Shown here in pieces: positions 8,247 through 11,041 of a DNA stretch of 11,041 nucleotides. The position numbers were made by a program, and so were the translations under genes. Position 1 is the first letter of the stretch, and every line of letters starts with the position of its first letter. Source of the stretch: Octopus sinensis (Eukaryota); NCBI RefSeq assembly GCF_006345805.1, contig NW_021827120.1:1-11041 (forward strand). Direction: 5' to 3'. The notes below the pieces were generated by a model. That model saw only the letters and a list, made by a program, of their open reading frames with translations. It did not search any database and was not told the DNA's origin.

Positions 8247-8864
8247 ATGGTGCTAATAAGTTAGACATGGCCTGGGCCAATAATGGCCGAAACCTATCAA
8301 AGTATCAAAGTATCAAAGTATATATATATATATTATATATACTTTATGTATATTTTTATAACCATATATGTTATGTATATACATATGTTTATGTGTGTGT
8401 ATGTATGCATGTAAGCATGTGTGTATGTTTGAATGTATATGACGTATACTTTAGCTATGGATTTATAATAAATATTTACGTTATGAATATATTTATAAAA
8501 AATTATATATATCAATTTATAACAAACACAAGCAATACGCATATATTTATTTCCGTTCATGTTTGACCTGACCTTTTCTTCCTGCGTTATTTTCGCCGTT
8601 TTGCATTAATCTATTTACTCAAATATTTGAATATTCCCCCATTCCCTTTCCATGTTTGAATTCTCTGCTCAACGTTCATTAAATTAAGGTTATATTCACG
8701 TTGTATCTACAAGCTATATATTTCCTTAATAATTAATTCACTTAGTTAGTAGTTATTATGAGTCAACGAGTTTTACCATCTCATATCTATTTTTTTTTTT
8801 CCGGAGATGTACTTGCATAGCAAGTAATTTGATCTGAGATCGTGTGCTGAAACGAAAACAATTG

Positions 8865-9047
8865 CAGCGTGGAAGGTGTTTATAAGCCATTTAAGAAACA
8901 CGCAAGAGATGCAGCACGGATTTTTGTCAGTGAACAGGTCGCGGATTTTAGCGACGAAAATATTTTGACAAATTAAACTTAAATGTTGAAGTGAATCGAA
9001 CGGCTTTTGTGTGTTTCTTAAATGGCTTATAAACACCTTCCACGCTG
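8865..9047. mobile_element. MITE-like non-autonomous DNA transposon, 183 bp
   Basis: Perfect 37-bp terminal inverted repeats CAGCGTGGAAGGTGTTTATAAGCCATTTAAGAAACAC (8865-8901 and 9011-9047), extending to 42/44; flanked on both sides by CAATTG (8859-8864, 9048-9053); non-coding interior. Confidence 0.85.
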
Positions 9048-9624
9048 CAATTGGTATCTATTTTTACACCTCAAATAAGAACGATCGAGCAGTAAGAGTT
9101 TTCTGATGGTTTGAGTAAACATCTCTGAGATGAATTTATAATTTATACTTCCCTCTAACAACGGTATTATGAAATAACCCTCTGGTAGTGAGTTTTCTGT
9201 TGGTAAATCAACATGGCGATCATCGTGTTTCGCTGCAGTCAGAGACACGTGTCATTGCAGTGTATGGTGGTTTTTCTATCCGTTGAAACTTGACTGCTGG
9301 TAGTTGGATTTCCACTTTACAGTTTCGGAAAGTCCAGTTTGAGACTCGTCAGTTGATTCGTAACCTGAATCTAGTTTAGCTGTCTTGCCATTACTCTTGT
9401 CCAGGAAGAGGAGAGCGAGGCGTTCACACTTTCGAAGATAGTTCGAGGAACCAGTGATGAAAGCTGGATACCAGGTGAGAGGTGTGGGTGAGAGGAGCGG
9501 TTTTGAAACAGGAATTGGCAGGGTCCTTACCGAAGGTATTGTCTCAAAGTGACACGCCACGCCATCCAACCATTTCGAAGATGCCAATATTGTCCAGATC
9601 AGTGAAAGGAAAAGTGATCGCAGT

Positions 9625-9866
9625 CGAAATACCTATTTCTTTACAACCCACAAAGGGCTAAACACACAGGGTACAAACAAGGACAGACTAACAGATTAAG
9701 TCGATCACATCGACCCCAGTGCGTAACTGGTACTTAATTTATCGACTCCGAAAGGATGGAAGGCAAAGTCGACCTCGGCGGAATTTGAACTCAGAACGTA
9801 ACGGCAGACGAAATACGGCTCCGCATTTCGCCCGACGTGCTAACGATTCTGCCAGCTCGCCGCCTT
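9625..9866 (-). mobile_element. tRNA-derived SINE (resembles octopus OR/CORE-type SINEs)
   Basis: Minus strand begins GGCGGCGAGCTGGCAGAATCG; Pol III A box TGGCAGAATCG (9844-9854) and B box GAGTTCAAATTCC (9780-9792); followed by GACTTTGCCTTCCATCCTTTCGGAGTCGATAAATTAAGTACCAG, a CORE-like central domain. Family name is from memory. Confidence 0.85.
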
Positions 9867-9959
9867 TTAATTACATAATAATAGGATTATGCCCCCTTTC
9901 AGTTCTTTATTCTCATTACTTTAAGACGTTTCTCTCCATAACATGTGTGTGTGTGTGTA

Positions 9960-10260
9960 TTTATCACAGTATCGGCCTGACAATCAATCAGGTATTGTTA
10001 TACACCGCTGGTCATGATGCGGTTCTCATTGTTTTAGCTTCCGAATGATACCACGGCGCTGGCTTGGCGGTCAGACCAACATTCCTTCTGAGCCAGGCAT
10101 CAGTCCGCCGCAGGGTTACTCATTCACAGCTCAGTGGATGAAGCAACGCGAAATGAAATGTTTTGCTCAAGAACACAGCGGAACCACCGGTCTGCGAATG
10201 GACACATGGACCTTACAATCGTAAATGCAACACCTTAACCACAAAGGCATGCATCTTCAC
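9960..10260 (-). mobile_element. Second tRNA-derived SINE family, degenerate head
   Basis: Minus strand starts GTGAAGATGCATGCCTTTGTGGTTAAGGTG (decayed A box) with a weak B box, then GCTGTGTTCTTGAGCAAAACATTTCATTTCGCGTTGCT..CCACTGAGCTG, resembling the GTGTCCTTGAGCAAGACAC central motif of V/Meta-type SINEs. The 3' boundary is approximate. Confidence 0.7.
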
Positions 10261-10560
10261 ACACACACACACACACACATACACACACCCTCACTCACAC
10301 ACACACACACATACACACAAACACACACACACACACACTCACTCACACACACACACATACACACACTCACTCACACATACACACACACTCACTCACTCAC
10401 ACACACACACACACATACACACAAACACACACACACACACACTCACTCACACACACACACACACACTCACTCACTCACACACAAACACTCACGCACACAC
10501 ACACACATACACACACACACACACTCATTCACACACACACTCATTCACACACACACGCAC
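10258..10560. repeat. Long (CA)n microsatellite with CT/TA/AA variant units
   Basis: Directly visible; source of the HT/TH-repeat ORFs. Confidence 0.97.
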
Positions 10561-11041
10561 ATGGATATGTTTGTAGGTATGGAATGCATTGAATCATAGA
10601 TCTGTTTGCCTGATCAGAGGCTGACCTATGGCTAAAAAGCAATAGCAGAGAGAAAGTGGACTTGCCGATGTAAAGTGTTGTTGGTAAATAGACGAGATGG
10701 AAGTCATAACAAGTTCCACGAAATGGTTTATCGAACTTTTCAAGAAGCTGTTTCTATGTTTTGCCAATGCTGCAGTTTCAAGGTTACTTCCCCGCCGGGG
10801 AGATCCCCATGGAAAAAAATTAATGTTTATTTTTCTTTAATTCGTGGTAAATATTTAATAAAAGCTGCGAGTCTGTTTCGTTGTGGGACCATTTCGTCAA
10901 AGAAGCCGGAATTATAATTAAACAGCAAACGGCTAATATTTATCATCAAATGTTTAATTTGTAATGGAATTCAAAGAATGTCTTCTAAAGAAATTCCTTA
11001 TCCATGGCCCAAGTAAGCAACGCAACCATGTGATATTTCTG

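Noticed and set aside
8773-9036. 87-aa minus-strand ORF
   Set aside because: Runs through the MITE; artefact.
9320-9375. Minus-strand CTGACGA GTC..GAC TTTCC GAAAC hammerhead-like string
   Set aside because: Five extra bases between stem II and GAAA, and stems I and III cannot be closed in register.
9405-9474. Possible plus-strand 70-nt exon (GTCCAG| ... CAG|GTGAGA)
   Set aside because: No recognisable product, and the opposite strand carries the longer reading frame.
10675-10917. ORF with VYRTFQEA resembling a Helitron Rep/Hel motif
   Set aside because: Only a short partial resemblance; flanking Helitron motifs are absent.
1-11041. CRISPR array, rRNA, genuine tRNA genes or prokaryotic operon
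   Set aside because: No regularly spaced repeat-spacer array; the tRNA-like segments are SINE heads without a cloverleaf; architecture is eukaryotic.

Overview
AT-rich, microsatellite-dense eukaryotic DNA with no recognisable intact host gene. Nearly all supplied ORFs are translations of simple repeats or antisense shadows of decayed mobile elements. The SINEs resemble octopus repeats as I recall them, so a cephalopod source is likely (inference, no search run). Between the microsatellites lie: an RTE-type LINE 3' end back-to-back with an RTE-type 5' end (2914-3525), a restriction-like-endonuclease (R2/R4-type) non-LTR 3' fragment (about 4610-5130), a Penelope-like element (PLE) GIY-YIG 3' end folded into a roughly 830-bp inverted repeat (5899-6728), a 183-bp MITE, and three SINE copies. 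The main hidden signal is hammerhead ribozyme motifs. A minimal type I hammerhead with a palindromic GCGC loop lies at the 3' end of the PLE (5855-5896, minus strand). A second type I hammerhead with an intact catalytic core (7065-7119, plus strand) ends a roughly 380-bp unassigned module bracketed by 13-bp near-identical repeats. Two much more degraded candidates sit at about 1250 and 8280.
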